From the NCBI GenBank assembly GCA_047495785.1, contig JBLDXI010000015.1:1116001-1180000 (forward strand): 64,000 nucleotides of DNA, given 5' to 3'. A model generated the notes under the pieces. The model did no database searches, was not told the DNA's origin, and saw only the letters and a list, made by a program, of their open reading frames with translations. Below are positions 10,551 through 22,865 of this stretch, piece after piece; the first letter of the stretch is position 1; every line of letters starts with the position of its first letter. The stretch is from Lepidodermella squamata (taxonomy: Eukaryota; Animalia; Gastrotricha). A program made the position numbers and the translations under genes.

Positions 10551-11833
10551 ATTTGAAGTAATTTGTTAATTAATAACCTGAAACTTGGCCGCAATGTTTC
10601 TCGTGTAAAATAATGCTAACTTCTTGCGCGCTTGAACTAAAAGTAAGAAATCTATTTTCATTCGTTTCCTGGTAACGGACACGAAGGCGGTGTTGTAGGC
10701 GGACTTGAAAGTGCATTAAGGTGTTGCTTTTCAGGAGATGATTTGGAAGGATTCCCGAGAACGATGGGCCAGGCGTGGTGAACTTACCCACGAAAATGGA
10801 AAGCGCTCTGTTCGCTCGCTCAATCCTCACGTTTTGATTTTCTGAATGTTCAGAATTGACGGGAAACAAATGTAGCTAGAAGCCCATGTTTGGAGTTCGT
10901 GAATGTAGAGGCGGAATTTAAAAGCGCCTTCGGGCTTCAGGCAGAAAACGAAGTGCTTCGCCCTTCCGGATTCTCGCTCCCCCATCTCAGGTTGTCACCG
11001 TGCTCCTATAAGACTCTCCATTGTATCAATTTCACTGCAATTAACATATAGCACCCCTACTACTCGGGGAGTATTCAATATACATTCAGCCCATGATATT
11101 CAGCTGAGATGCTGAGTTTTCAATACCTATCTAGCCTCACTAGATAGCCTACCTTCTATTCAGACATAGTCTACGTAAATTCGTGAACATCCAATGTTTT
11201 TTCGATCATTTTAAAAAATTTCATGCTCGCCGTAGCACCCAAAAGTGCTAAGTAATACTGTGATAGCACTGGAATAGCACTCGCCGTAGCGCTGCCGTAG
11301 TTGTGTTATATTTGTGCTACCAGTTACGTATTATGGGTCAAAGTTAAATTTTTTCATGGATTCACGATTCACAATGTATCAATGTCGAACTTATCTGCAT
11401 GATACCTGCTACCTTTCATCACATCTCTTCCATGTTCAGGACATCGGACTCGAGAAAAACCGTCGACATCAAACGCCTGTCTTCACAAAACTCACTGTCA
11501 AAAACTGTTCGATGTGTTTATGCTCTTGCCAAAAAACTGTTTCCCGTACCCATAGTTTTGATACCAATTATCCTTGGTTTGGAGAATGACGGCATAGGGA
11601 AAGGCGATAAAAATTGGCCGAATAGAAATTAGTATGATTACCGAAAGGTTCACCACCACAGCGTAACAGAAATAACCAAAGTGCAACACACAATTTAATA
11701 TTTTGCAGCACACATTTTTGCAACACACGACAATTGTTTTTGGCATTAGTGAAACAAGTAAAATTCAGGCATACCAATAGATGTTATCGGGGGCGCGGAA
11801 TACGACCGTGGTAATTGTTTGAATGTCAGGGAC

Positions 11834-11880
11834 GTTGGTACCGGGTAAACCGGGTAAAAACCGGGTAAAACCGGGTAAAA
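11834..11880. repeat. Short tandem repeat (ccgggtaaa)x4, probably subterminal repeats of a MITE
   Basis: ccgggtaaaccgggtaaaaaccgggtaaaaccgggtaaaa. Confidence 0.55.
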
Positions 11881-12194
11881 ATTGAAAATCGTCCCTTTCG
11901 GTTTTCATATTCGGATTGAGCGCAAAAAACTGCCCCTATCCTAAATCTTCTTGTTATATCAAACTTACAAGTTACAGAAGTAAGTTATGTTAAGTGTTAC
12001 CGAAATTCGAATAAAGGAAAACTTGTTTGCCATTGTGTACCTAAATGTATTGCGAAATTTAATTTTCAAATAAAACGAAATTGAAAATTGCTTGGAAAAC
12101 TGAAATCCTAACTAAAGAGTCAGATTGAAAAAATGATAGTAACCGTTTACAGTTAATTGAAACCAACATATTTCTTGTTCAGAGGTTGACTCTT

Positions 12195-12470
12195 TGTTTC
12201 GAAGATGAAAGGTGAAGAAACTATGTACGGAATAGCTAAAAGTGACCTTTCCTTGCAGCTGACGCAAGTAAGATGTCGAATAATGAATGAATTCGATTTC
12301 AGATCATCTGATGAGTCGAAGAAAGTTGAAATTGAGGGAATCGAAATTAAGATGGAACTAAATAGCGGAACATGCTTTTGCAGAGGCGGCTGTGGTGCGC
12401 TTCTTGTAGTTACGAGCCTTGGCCGAGCCAGATCCAGATCCAGACTGCTGCTGCTGACGGGATTGGGAAT
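12195..12470 (-). pseudogene. Truncated duplicate of the 3' end of the secreted repeat gene
   Basis: Aligns with ~6810-7090 (QQQSGSGSGSAKARNYKKRTTAASA plus downstream sequence). No 5' half. Confidence 0.75.
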
Positions 12471-13319
12471 CCGTACGTGAGATGAGCGTTTCAGCTGCCA
12501 TCCCACGTACACGCGTGTTTGAAGCGACAAGAAAGAGAACGGGTCGATTTCAGTGCAGTTTGGTAAGTTTACATTTTTTACTGCAATATATCGCTGATAT
12601 AACGATGGCTATATCGTTCGTAGGGTTCACGTGCATATCACGGCCGCGAAGTAAGATGCTGCTGAATCAACAAGAAAATACATCCTAAATTACATCCTAC
12701 AAGCCACGAGAAATAACGTGTGGCTTGTGAAGAGAAGTCTGAACTCAAAATGTAGTAACTTGAATCTGTAGTCTAGAAGTCTCAAAAGAATTGACAATTA
12801 TTCTTTCCCCATATTTCTAGCCAGTCAAGCAGTCAGATTTGGTGTTCCCTTCAATCAGTTTCGCAACACAGCCATCAAGTTGCCATAGGATTTCATTTAG
12901 AATTGTTAAAATAAATGACAAATTAATAATGTAGATCCATGTCGTAAATTTAATTAAGCTTTTAATAAAAATAACTTCACTGCGACGAGTTCACGAATTT
13001 CATTCATTCGAAGCGTATGCTGCTTAGCGCGCGACGATCATTTTTTGGAGACGTTTCAATAAAAGCGACTCAATCGCTAATTGTCAAATGAGGATGTTTG
13101 GGGCCCGAGTCCGAATTCGGCCCGTACGCGATCCGGCCGGCCCGTACGCAGACGGGTAGCGTCGAATTGCCGATCGGCGCTCGGGCCGATTTAAAACATG
13201 CCCGTATGCGACGTTTACTGTAAATTTAACAAATTCGAAGGAATCACGTTGAGCTGCACACGCTTCGAATGAATGAAATTCGTGAATTGCTTATTATTGT
13301 GTTTCGTGATCGAATTTGA

Positions 13320-13608
13320 GGTGAATTCGGTGATCGAGTTCGTGGGCTGGTTGGTGCGCTCTACGTTGCAATTGCCCTCAAGCGGCCTTTCTACATCAAC
13401 TGGAAGCGCAATCATGTCCACAACGTTCGATGCGATGGATCGCAACCACATCGAAGCGATCATCTCCAATATGCTCACCCACGTTGATGCGTCCCGCGAC
13501 TTGAATATTGTTTTTGAGCCTCCCCTACTATGAGATGGCTATATCGCCGCGATTAAAACAAGAAACAAGATTTGGACAGTGCCAGCTATGTTTCGTTCCA
13601 TGTCACCG
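13320..13608 (+). pseudogene. Internal fragment of the fucosyltransferase-like gene
   Basis: Aligns with ~5082-5372 (FGDRVRGLVGALYVAIALKRPFYINW...DLDSASYVSFHVT), with indels. Confidence 0.8.
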
Positions 13609-14586
13609 CATTCATTATTAGATTATTCATTATTTATTATTAAAGCTTCGTGTATGGTAATAAATACCATTGGTTATGACCGTGAGGTGTAAATCAAATC
13701 GTAAAAAATCAATTAGGTATCACCACGGCAATTTATTTAAAATTAAAATTCGCCGACGTTGATGAAAAACTTGGTGGTACCAGATAGTGCTTCAAATGGT
13801 GAACACTGAGATTATTATTTCGAAATTTTCAGAGTTCAGAAATGTAAAGCAGTGAAATCGTGAATAAACTATTTCGTGATTTCAAATGAACTAATAATTG
13901 AATCGAAATTGAAGCATATTTCGAATAGGGTGGGTAATTCTGATCAAGGTCTACATTTTGATGCTTGAAGATAGCTTGGAAGATTTTTTCCTGATTTTCT
14001 ATGATTTTATGAATTATTCCACTTGGTTTTTTACATTACAAAAATGGTGGTTGCCCGTTGGATTCTATCCAGAATCTTCCGAGCTCGCTACAAGCATCGA
14101 AATTTAGAGCTTGATCAGAATTACCTGGCCCATTGAAAATACCGTTCAATTTCACTGTCTTATTGGCAGTTATCATATTCTATTAATTAACGAATTTTCC
14201 GGCGATTATTCAGGTGCGGCCTTTATTCGAGCAGCGGCCTTTATACTGAAATTACGGTACTTAAAATTGAATGGCTCGAATTCAACCTCTGTTAAGGTCT
14301 TATTTGCGAAGATGTCTGATTTGAAAATACGAAAAGACGTAAACACGGATTATTGTTTGTTCAGAGTTGTTATCTATCTTAACGATGTGTCAAATAAGAG
14401 CGCCTTTACACAGTTGTTTCGAAATTCATGATATGGTATTAGAATTATCACGCATATTCAAAAAATACGACATAAATAATTCGAAACATTTTGTTGGGCT
14501 GCCTTTTTATGAAAATTTCCATAGAAATGATGGAGAATGGCCAGTTATTCAGTTACAATAAAATCGATTCTTCAGCAGTGAATGGC

Positions 14587-16941
14587 TCAAATCTCCGAGT
14601 CGACCCGCATCTCAACTCGATGAAGCCATTTCACCCAGTCTTTTTTGACTCGACCACCGTAAACTATACCTATTGTAGAGCTTGACTCGATTAACAGCAG
14701 GAAAGCCCCGGATATTTGCTGGACAATTGGCGACTGATTAATCGAAATTGTAGCACAAGATAGTAGCAGAAGCATAAGAGAGTTGACGGATGCGATAGAA
14801 TAGAGCCTAAGTTCAGGCTTTGCTGGGAACCTATGCCTGAGCTCAAATGAGAGGAAACTAGCTCCAAAAAGGATTAGAACATTGATGAGAGCTATGCCGA
14901 GCATCCAAAGGGAAGAATTTGCCGAATAACAGATGTTATACAGCTGCATGTAAAAGGTATCCGTAATTACGTCATAAATTGGCATATCTGTCCTTTTAGA
15001 TGTGGCATTTAAGTACGGATCTTTCAGAAACCAAGCGAGAAGCAGAACTTCTGTAAAGAAAACAGCGATTAAAGAGATTGCGATTTCAGTGCGCTGGGGA
15101 GTCCACCACGAAATTTTCTGAGTTGACGCAATAGAAATGTTAGCACTTCGAGTCCTTCTCTTGGAGCGTCTATTTGTCGAAAAATTCAGGGACCGAAGTG
15201 TATCAAGGGGTTGATTTGACGTGACAGCGCTAACCCTAGATCCATTTAGTAGTTTTGCTAGTAGACTCCCGTTGATCAAAGCAAGCCCTACCGAAGAAAG
15301 GATGGGTCCGGTTTCGCAAAATTTCGTGAAACCTTGAGTAACATATACATTCGCTGCTATGGCGAGCAACAAACTTCCAATGAATATAGCCGGAATATCA
15401 GTTTTCTCAATTTTAACACTGCGCCATATCGTTGGCCCTAAGCCAAAGAGCTGGAAAGCTATAACACAACAAGACAAGGCCAAAACAGCCACAAGCACTC
15501 CATAGGGCAGGTTTTCATACCTAGTCTCGAATTTCCATGAATCTGGCGGGGGTTTACCATTCGGGGTGGTCCATATTACTTTCGTCATAAGACGCATCTC
15601 ATAACTTGAGAGATCATAGATATCGCCTCCTGGTTTCAAGGTAATCTCATAGTTTCTAGTGAATTTCGTAATTGGGTTCCAGGTTGCAATAACCTGAGCT
15701 TCTTCATCCAATTCTCCTCGTTTCGAATACCGAATCCTGCCAATCCTCAGTCCGTTGTAATCGATTTTGTAAGCACTTTCATTCGCGACTTTCATGATGA
15801 GCGCTGATGTATCTTCAGAATAGTCACTCAAAGACATTGAGTACTGTCGATTCAGGACTGTTTCGGTGTTATTTAGGATCATAATAGCTTGGATAGCGGC
15901 GTCGTGGCAAATGTGTCTTCGATCATAATCCGGCGTTCTCGATCTACCTGTGAAATCGTCGAGGATCCTGTCAAATTCTGTCAGGTCGTAGCCTAAACTT
16001 GTAGGGCCGTTATTTCTCTCGGATGCGGTCACAGTCCCTAACCAGTATGTTATATTCATTTGCTCGATGAGCATGTCACGATTACAACCAGGGCTTTGAC
16101 TTGGGTTAATCATAAATGGCTGGTTTAATGGCTCTGTGAAAGCTATGGTTTGTGCAATGATAACGTATTTAGACCCAGTGATGCCGAATTTGTATGACTG
16201 ACACATGAATCTCAACAAAGGGCCCGGTTCGCCGAATTCAATGACGATTACTCTCACGTCGCTATCTTTCAAGGACTGCATAATAACGTCGTCAAAATCG
16301 AAAGCGATATTGAACCATGCAATATTGATGCCAGCTCGAATTGCTGACTCGTAGAAAACCTGACCAACCTGAGTGTTGTAGACATTACCCGCATTGATGA
16401 GCATACCGATCTTCTGCCAGAATCCGATTTCTTTCAAGAACTTGAGGCGAGGATAGGTTACCAGTTCCCCGGGAAGTCTAATACGATACAGGTTAGGGTA
16501 AATTTCCCGATTTTCGGTGAAAGCTGGCGATAGACATGGCATACCGATTGCGATGAAATCAAGATACTTTCCCAGCTGAGCCAGTCGGCTACAACCCGGC
16601 GTGAAGGTTGGTCCTGCGATAACTGGCGACGGCTTTACCAATGATCCATTTCTTATCGCCTGGTCCCATTTGCGACGGAATTCTAGCACTCTCGCAGGGA
16701 CCAGCGTACTGGCTGCAGCTTCGTTTTGGAAATCAAGTTCAATGCTGTGGTTCGGTAGTATGTCAGGGTTTTGGTTGGTAACGTTTGCTACGATTCGCAT
16801 GACATCACGGCATAGCAAGCTGTCTCGAGGCTCCATGCCCGTAAAAGGTACCAATACAAGCATCGAAAGCTTCCTGGCCTTGATTATGGCGAGAATCTCT
16901 ACTGCCTTGATTAAAATGATGGAGGCAATCAGAATTCGCAT
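14587..16941 (-). CDS. Class C GPCR, GABA-B-like (copy 2)
   Basis: Full-length paralog of 8202-10550. Confidence 0.85.
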   Translation of the reverse strand: MRILIASIILIKAVEILAIIKARKLSMLVLVPFTGMEPRDSLLCRDVMRIVANVTNQNPDILPNHSIELDFQNEAAASTLVPARVLEFRRKWDQAIRNGSLVKPSPVIAGPTFTPGCSRLAQLGKYLDFIAIGMPCLSPAFTENREIYPNLYRIRLPGELVTYPRLKFLKEIGFWQKIGMLINAGNVYNTQVGQVFYESAIRAGINIAWFNIAFDFDDVIMQSLKDSDVRVIVIEFGEPGPLLRFMCQSYKFGITGSKYVIIAQTIAFTEPLNQPFMINPSQSPGCNRDMLIEQMNITYWLGTVTASERNNGPTSLGYDLTEFDRILDDFTGRSRTPDYDRRHICHDAAIQAIMILNNTETVLNRQYSMSLSDYSEDTSALIMKVANESAYKIDYNGLRIGRIRYSKRGELDEEAQVIATWNPITKFTRNYEITLKPGGDIYDLSSYEMRLMTKVIWTTPNGKPPPDSWKFETRYENLPYGVLVAVLALSCCVIAFQLFGLGPTIWRSVKIEKTDIPAIFIGSLLLAIAANVYVTQGFTKFCETGPILSSVGLALINGSLLAKLLNGSRVSAVTSNQPLDTLRSLNFSTNRRSKRRTRSANISIASTQKISWWTPQRTEIAISLIAVFFTEVLLLAWFLKDPYLNATSKRTDMPIYDVITDTFYMQLYNICYSANSSLWMLGIALINVLILFGASFLSFELRHRFPAKPELRLYSIASVNSLMLLLLSCATISINQSPIVQQISGAFLLLIESSSTIGIVYGGRVKKDWVKWLHRVEMRVDSEI

Positions 16942-17501
16942 TGTTTTTTTTTAAATAATCAATTTGAAAAAGTTGACATGAATAACATTTTTCTAGACAA
17001 ATAATATTGTCCAGATGGGTGTCATTTGTCTTCTCATAAACTTTGCCTGCTACTTACGTGCTCGCTTCTAAATCAAGAAATCTATTTTCATTCGTTTCCT
17101 TGTCATGAGATGCGAGGCGGACTTGAAAGTGCATTAAGGTGTTATTTTTCATATGGGAGAGTTCACGGGAACAATGAGTCGTGCGTTGCGAACATGCAGC
17201 CCGCGCGAACTCTGCTACGAGAGAGGCTCATTTGCTATACACTCACTGTCGTTACACATTTCCGAATGGCTGGAAATGTCGGGTGAATAAATAATATTTG
17301 CAGACGCCATTTTGTACACTTCATCAGATGAGTCACATTTATTTCCCGTCCTTATCACTAGCCGAAAAATTGATGGTAAAATCTAGAGGCGGAAAATGCT
17401 TTTGGCCGGAAACAGAACTTCGTCCTGTCCAACTTTCGGAGGATCAGTTTGCAGAGTTTGCAGAAATGAATTACAACTTGAGCACTTCAGAAGTTGTCAT
17501 A

Positions 17502-17636
17502 TCGCGGGGTGGGCGACAGAACGACCTGACTAAAAAACCTGACTAAATAGAAAAAACTAGCGCTGACTTTTTCCGGCACGCGACTGACTTGCGTACATCG
17601 ACTTGCATTCAGGTCGTTCTGTCGCCCACCCCGCGA
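17502..17636. mobile_element. Small MITE (~135 bp)
   Basis: 28-bp perfect TIR tcgcggggtgggcgacagaacgacctga with TA flanks. Related copy at ~54173-54322. Confidence 0.8.
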
Positions 17637-18943
17637 TATATGTTGAAGATTTGCTGAAGAAGCTGCTGAGTTGCCTAATTATGAGGACTCGGCCCGGATC
17701 AATGAGCAACCGATACCCGACTCCGCCCGTTGCATGAATAAACCTGCTAGTCTATCCACGTACCACTCTCCGAATTTTTCAGCAGAGTTGTTACTGAAAA
17801 TTGAAATTGAATTGAACGTTATTTTTGATCAGTTATTTATTGTCATTTTGTTTACATGGGATTGTTGTTTGATGGGATGTAATGTGGTATAAGCTATGCC
17901 CCACATGAGACAGGCCACATGAAATATCAGACCTAAACCCGTCCACTACCCGGCCTGTGGGCAAATCTGGCAACTCTAACCACCGTACAACTATTGATAT
18001 ACAGGGTGGCCAAATTCCGCATCTACGATTCCAAAAAAGGCTGAATCGCAACGAGTATGTTCAGCGCAATGGCTTTTTGTAATTGATCACGCAATTTTCA
18101 ATAACGCCATTGGATCGAGTTGAAAATTCAAAGGGTTTTAAAATCATTTTTCGCATCAAATGTTAATGAAGTTGTAATTTGAGGCAATGTCAATGAGATA
18201 GAACTTGGATATCGCACAATTTTTTAAATTATCGCACAAACAATCAATTTTGTTATTCAAAGTCGATACCTACAATTGCAGAATTCTAAACGTAAATCCG
18301 GTTGACAAAATACACCGACCCCCAACGAGCTTACATGTCTATGCTTATTATGGTAACGCAACTGAGGCCGCCGCGAGGTTCCATCACCACTACCCTGAAC
18401 TGCCAATGCCCCATCCTACAACTGTTGCTTGAAATCTCGACAAATTGATTGCTACAGGTTCGTCTCCAGTCATTTCTAATTATTGGAAGTATTTTCAAAA
18501 TTAAATAGGTAACTGCAAAGACCTGCAAAGGTCTGGTCGACCGCGTTGAATGTGAAGGGGGCGAAGTACATGGGTGCTGGGGTGTCGAGACACCGGTTTC
18601 CTCGACTGGGTCCTAGAAAGCAAGTAGAAAACACCTCAGTTCCCGCATCCTACTTCGCACACTGCAAGGCAATACCCGACTGGTTCCTATGGGGATACCT
18701 CAAAGCTGAAGTTTATAAGGATCCCAACCTTGGCACAGCTTCCAAACCGAATAGTTCAAGCTTGCCAACAAATTACCCCTGAAATGCTTGCGCGTGTTCG
18801 TAGAGCTTTGGTTTCCCGAGTCTTAACTTGCTATCGTGCCGGTGGCGGGCAATTTGATCAATTTTGGAGCAATTTGAATGATTGAGGTTTTCTCACGGGG
18901 CTGAGTATCTGCATAACCGGTGTTCATAACAATTTATTTCATC

Positions 18944-19527
18944 CAGAGACTTTGATTTGATTTGATTTAGGCCAATTTTTGATGATTTGATTTATTGATG
19001 ATTTGATTTAGAAAATTTCAGGATGATTTGTATAGGGAGCGAGTCCACCTCCCATCTCTCCTCCTGGTCCCCTTACAACCGCGTAAGCGAACACGGAGTG
19101 TGTGTCGGCCATGGTGGCTCAAAGGTTAGAGCCGTGCCTTCTCAGAAAGGCAGCCCGGGTTCGATCCCCGGGTACGACACTTTTCGAGCACTCGTGTAGC
19201 GCGTTACAATTTGATTTGATTTAAATTTAGCCCACTTGATTTACTGCTGATTTAAAAAAAATCAGCACTCTCGGAATTTCCCCTGTTCATCCCCTGTTGC
19301 TAAACAAGAGAGCTCACATTTGCCTTGAAAACAGCCGTTTTCCAAAGCCTCGAGCTATTCATACCCTTTCACACTCATTCTGCCAAAACCAAGCTTGAAA
19401 TCTGAAAGCATCCATGCGAAAGATTTGATTTGATTTGATTTAAACGGGCCTGATGATTTGATTTGATTGATTTACAAAGACATGTGATTTACTGAAGAAA
19501 TCAAATCAAATCAAATCAAAGTCACTG
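18944..19527. mobile_element. hAT-type MITE with (ATTTG)n subterminal repeats
   Basis: cagagactttgatttg ... caaatcaaagtcactg; 8-bp TSD atttcatc at 18936-18943 and 19528-19535. Confidence 0.85.
19104..19179 (+). ncRNA. tRNA-derived (pseudo-tRNA/SINE-like) sequence
   Basis: A-box tggctcaaagg, D-stem gctc/gagc, tgcct/aggca stem, T-arm ccggg-ttcgatc-cccgg. Acceptor stem and variable loop are abnormal. Confidence 0.6.
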
Positions 19528-20379
19528 ATTTCATCGTTGATTGCGAGGTTATCATTAAAGAAAGCTTTACTCTTTACTTGGAGAAAAGGACTGTTCATCA
19601 CGGCATGACATATTTAATTAAATGACAGTGATATCAATGTATTTTTTCATGTTTCTTCTAAAGTCACTCGAGCTTTAGTTGCGATAGCTGCTCGCGATCG
19701 ACCTGGCAATCTCTGCTATAAAGCGGGTCAATTCTGAGGTACGACCTAACCGCAGCCTTAGTAGCACGTCGGCAAGTGTTTAGTGCCCACTCGGTTATTG
19801 ACCATGTCATGCCGGGTTACGGGTTTGGAAATAATAGAAATTAGCTAAACATGGCATATATTTCCCAAGTTTACTTATTTGTTGCAGCGCTGCCGCGTCA
19901 AGATTTGGCGGCGGTGAAAGTGGTTTGTTCATTTACGGATAAGAGTTATGCGCGTATAATTTCCGATACATTCAAATAACTTGCCGAATCTTAATTATAA
20001 TCTTTATAATTTTTATAACGCTGTCTAAGCGCATGAAAAAGTTGAAGAAATGGACTAAATTCGCCGCATATTGAAAAGTTGATTGCTCACATGACAATTA
20101 GCTTGGATCGCAGTAATTTCAAGAATTGCGTTCTCTGCGGAATTTTTTGGCCACCCTGTGTGGTAGAGATAAGGCAATAAAGCAAAATGTTTTTATCAGC
20201 TGATTCTTAAGTAAACAGAATTACCTATGGCTGGCAACTCTAGCGGCGTGGAAATTATACGAGTGAGTGCTTGTAAATATTGAAATAAATATACTCGACA
20301 CGGTTCTGAACATCGCAAATTTTCCCCAGAACCATATTTGTCTCAGCCGCATGTGAGCAGGTAAGAGAGTGGATCAGTA

Positions 20380-22522
20380 ATGTTCAAATCAACGCGCGAC
20401 TTGAATACCTGGGATCAGTTAAGCCAAACTTTGTTCAGCATGGTCTACCTGTGTGGAAGAAACGGAACTGAAACGAAGTATGTTGTCAAGGAAGTAAACC
20501 TCACTCAGCTTGAACGAGGATCCAGCGATGAGAAGCGAACCAAAGAGCTGATCAGAGCCAGCTGTGAAGACGTGAGTTACGTGATGGAATAAGTTCTATA
20601 GCAAAATTATTTGTGTCAATTCAGCACACAAAATTAATATACCTACGACATCCTAACATCGTGAAGGTTTTCGGGGCTTTTCAAGGTAGGAACCCTTTTT
20701 CTTGACGATCACGTCTAATTCACGGTTATCATCCAGAGCCTTACAGGGGCGATGATACTGCCAAACAGGGCTGTCAAATGTACTACTTAGTAATGGAACA
20801 CTGTGATGGCGAAGATTTAGACAGTCGCATCGGGAATGGGCAGGAACAAATCAGCGAGGCCTTACTGCAATCTTGGGCCAGGCAACTAGCTTCTGCTCTG
20901 AAGCTTCTACACGGCAATGGCGTCGTTCATCGAGATATCCAGCCGAAAAACATCTTCTTAAGCCGAGATGGGCAGACTCTCAAACTCGGCGATTTCGGCT
21001 TTGCCAAAGACTTGAAGAAGTGAGCTCGATGAAATGATACAATTGTTCTACCCGTTTTGTCTCTATTAGGCAAGAGACGACATCATCTGCTTGTTGGGAT
21101 TATGCTGCGCCAGAGTACATAATTACCAATAATTACCAACGCTCCTGTGACATTTGGTCGTTAGGCGTTACTCTTTATGAATTGGCGAATTTCGTCCGCC
21201 CGGTAAGAGCGAATGGAGACTGAAAACCCAAAAATATCTGAACTAAGAATGTTGACGTTATTTCAGTTCAACGGAGAAAGCCGGGGGGTGGTTATTGCAA
21301 ACATTCAAAAGTAAGTTACAAAGGTTCGAAATTCTAATAATTCTTGTCATGTGTACCCCTATAGCCAGCCTCCACGGCCGTTCGACGAATCCCGAGGCTA
21401 TTCAGCTGAATGCCGCAATTACATCATGTCACTCATGGAAAAACAAGTTAAGATCCGGCCAACAATCGATCGAGCGCTAAATCATGAATTCTTACGATCT
21501 GGTAGCCAACAGCTGGAGCCCGCAACTTCTCAACCGGCAAGCCTGGTGAGTTTTCCTGAATAGGCATCCATATTGTATTAATTGGATTTGACACCAGATT
21601 ACCGAACTGCCGGAAAACAGAGAGGATGCCATAGAGGTTGCTTTCTGAGAGGGTATCACTATCACGTTTTCACTGCTTATTTCTGTTGATTTGAAAGGAA
21701 TTTGTGGAATGTTCCCGCACAAATAATGTAGCCAGAGTGTCGCAACTACTAAGCAGCGGCCGATTGCAGCTGGAAGTTAACGGGAAATACTTGAAAGACG
21801 ATGGAACAGCGCTTCATGCTGCAGCAGAAAGAGGCAATGTTGACATTGTAGAACTGCTTGCAGGCAAGTTTAGGGCAGATGTCAATGCGGTTAATAAGGA
21901 TGGTTGGACGCCCTTACACACTGCTGCCTTCTATGGCAAAGCTAGCGTTGTGGAACTGCTGGTGGTAAAGTTCAACACCGATGTGAACGCAACAGATCAC
22001 ATGGGATTCACGCCATTGCACTATGCCGCCCATGGCCATGATGAGGTCGTGGAGCTGCTGGTGGGCAAGTTCAAAGCCAAAGTTAACGCGGCTACTAACT
22101 ATGGCTTCACGCCATTACACGAGGCAGCGTTTTCTGGCAAACTTGACGTAGTTGAACTGCTTGTAAGCAATTTTCACGCCGACGTAAATGCAGCGAACTC
22201 GCTTGGGGAGACGCCATTGCACTTGGCGGCCCAACTTGGAAAGGCTGATGTTGTAGAACTGCTGGTTGGAAAGTTTCAGGCCGACGTCAACGCTATGAAT
22301 AGATTTGGCTGGACACCGCTAATGAAAGCTGCTGATTGGCCGGCAAACCCCGATGTTGTTGATATTCTTGTAAACAAATTCAACGCAAATGTATACTTAA
22401 AGAACGAGTTTGGCAAAACTGCGCTTGATATGGTTAAACCAAGGTCTGTATATGATAGAAAATCGCAGGAGGAACGGCAAACAATCAACATTTTGTCCGA
22501 GGCTGTTTCTATACAAATTTGA
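20380..22522 (+). CDS. NEK-like Ser/Thr (pseudo)kinase fused to ~7 C-terminal ankyrin repeats (multi-exon; 5' end uncertain, possibly from ATG 20227)
   Basis: Spliced motifs YVVKEV, LRHPNIVKV, YLVMEHCDGEDL, HRDIQPKNIFL, KLGDFG, YAAPE, DIWSLGVTLYEL, RPTID..L.HEF. Linker exons join in frame to GxTPLH ankyrin repeats (21704-22522). Confidence 0.75.
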
Positions 22523-22865
22523 TAATTAGCCTGTTTCTCCGTGGTTCTTGTTTGGAGTGGAATAAGACGTATAAGGTGTTTTAGCACATCAAGTAAAAAG
22601 AATCATTTGGGCGTTACGCATGGCGAAAGTTTTATACGGCTTTAAACCCCCATCGTAAGAAAAATTCTCACACTGACTCGAAAAATGGTGACCTGGAACC
22701 TCGCTTTTTTTGATAGGGTCGATATCGCGTTGCCGACTCTTTATTCTTGGTTCTAAAACAGTCTTATGCGGTTTCAACAATGAACTAATTTGAGGATCAT
22801 TTCTTCACTTTGATAGATCTGCAGTTACAATGAAATGTGCTTGTTTTTAAAGAATAAAGAGTTTC

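Larger units (their letters stand above)
18002..20158 (+). mobile_element. Decayed Tc1/mariner (DUF4817/Tc3-like) transposon with nested inserts
   Basis: TIRs cagggtggccaaa / tttggccaccctg, left TA. Transposase remnants YGNATEAAARFHHHYPE..PHPTTV, DWFLWGYLKAEVYK and ITPEMLARV..CYRAGGGQFDQ. Confidence 0.8.

Noticed and set aside
12308-12332. Hammerhead-like CTGATGA...GAAA motifs (also ~41549, ~48373)
   Set aside because: No supporting stems I-III.
19104-19179. Functional tRNA (Leu, Glu or opal suppressor)
   Set aside because: 8-nt anticodon loop, ~2-nt variable region, broken acceptor stem, and located inside transposons.
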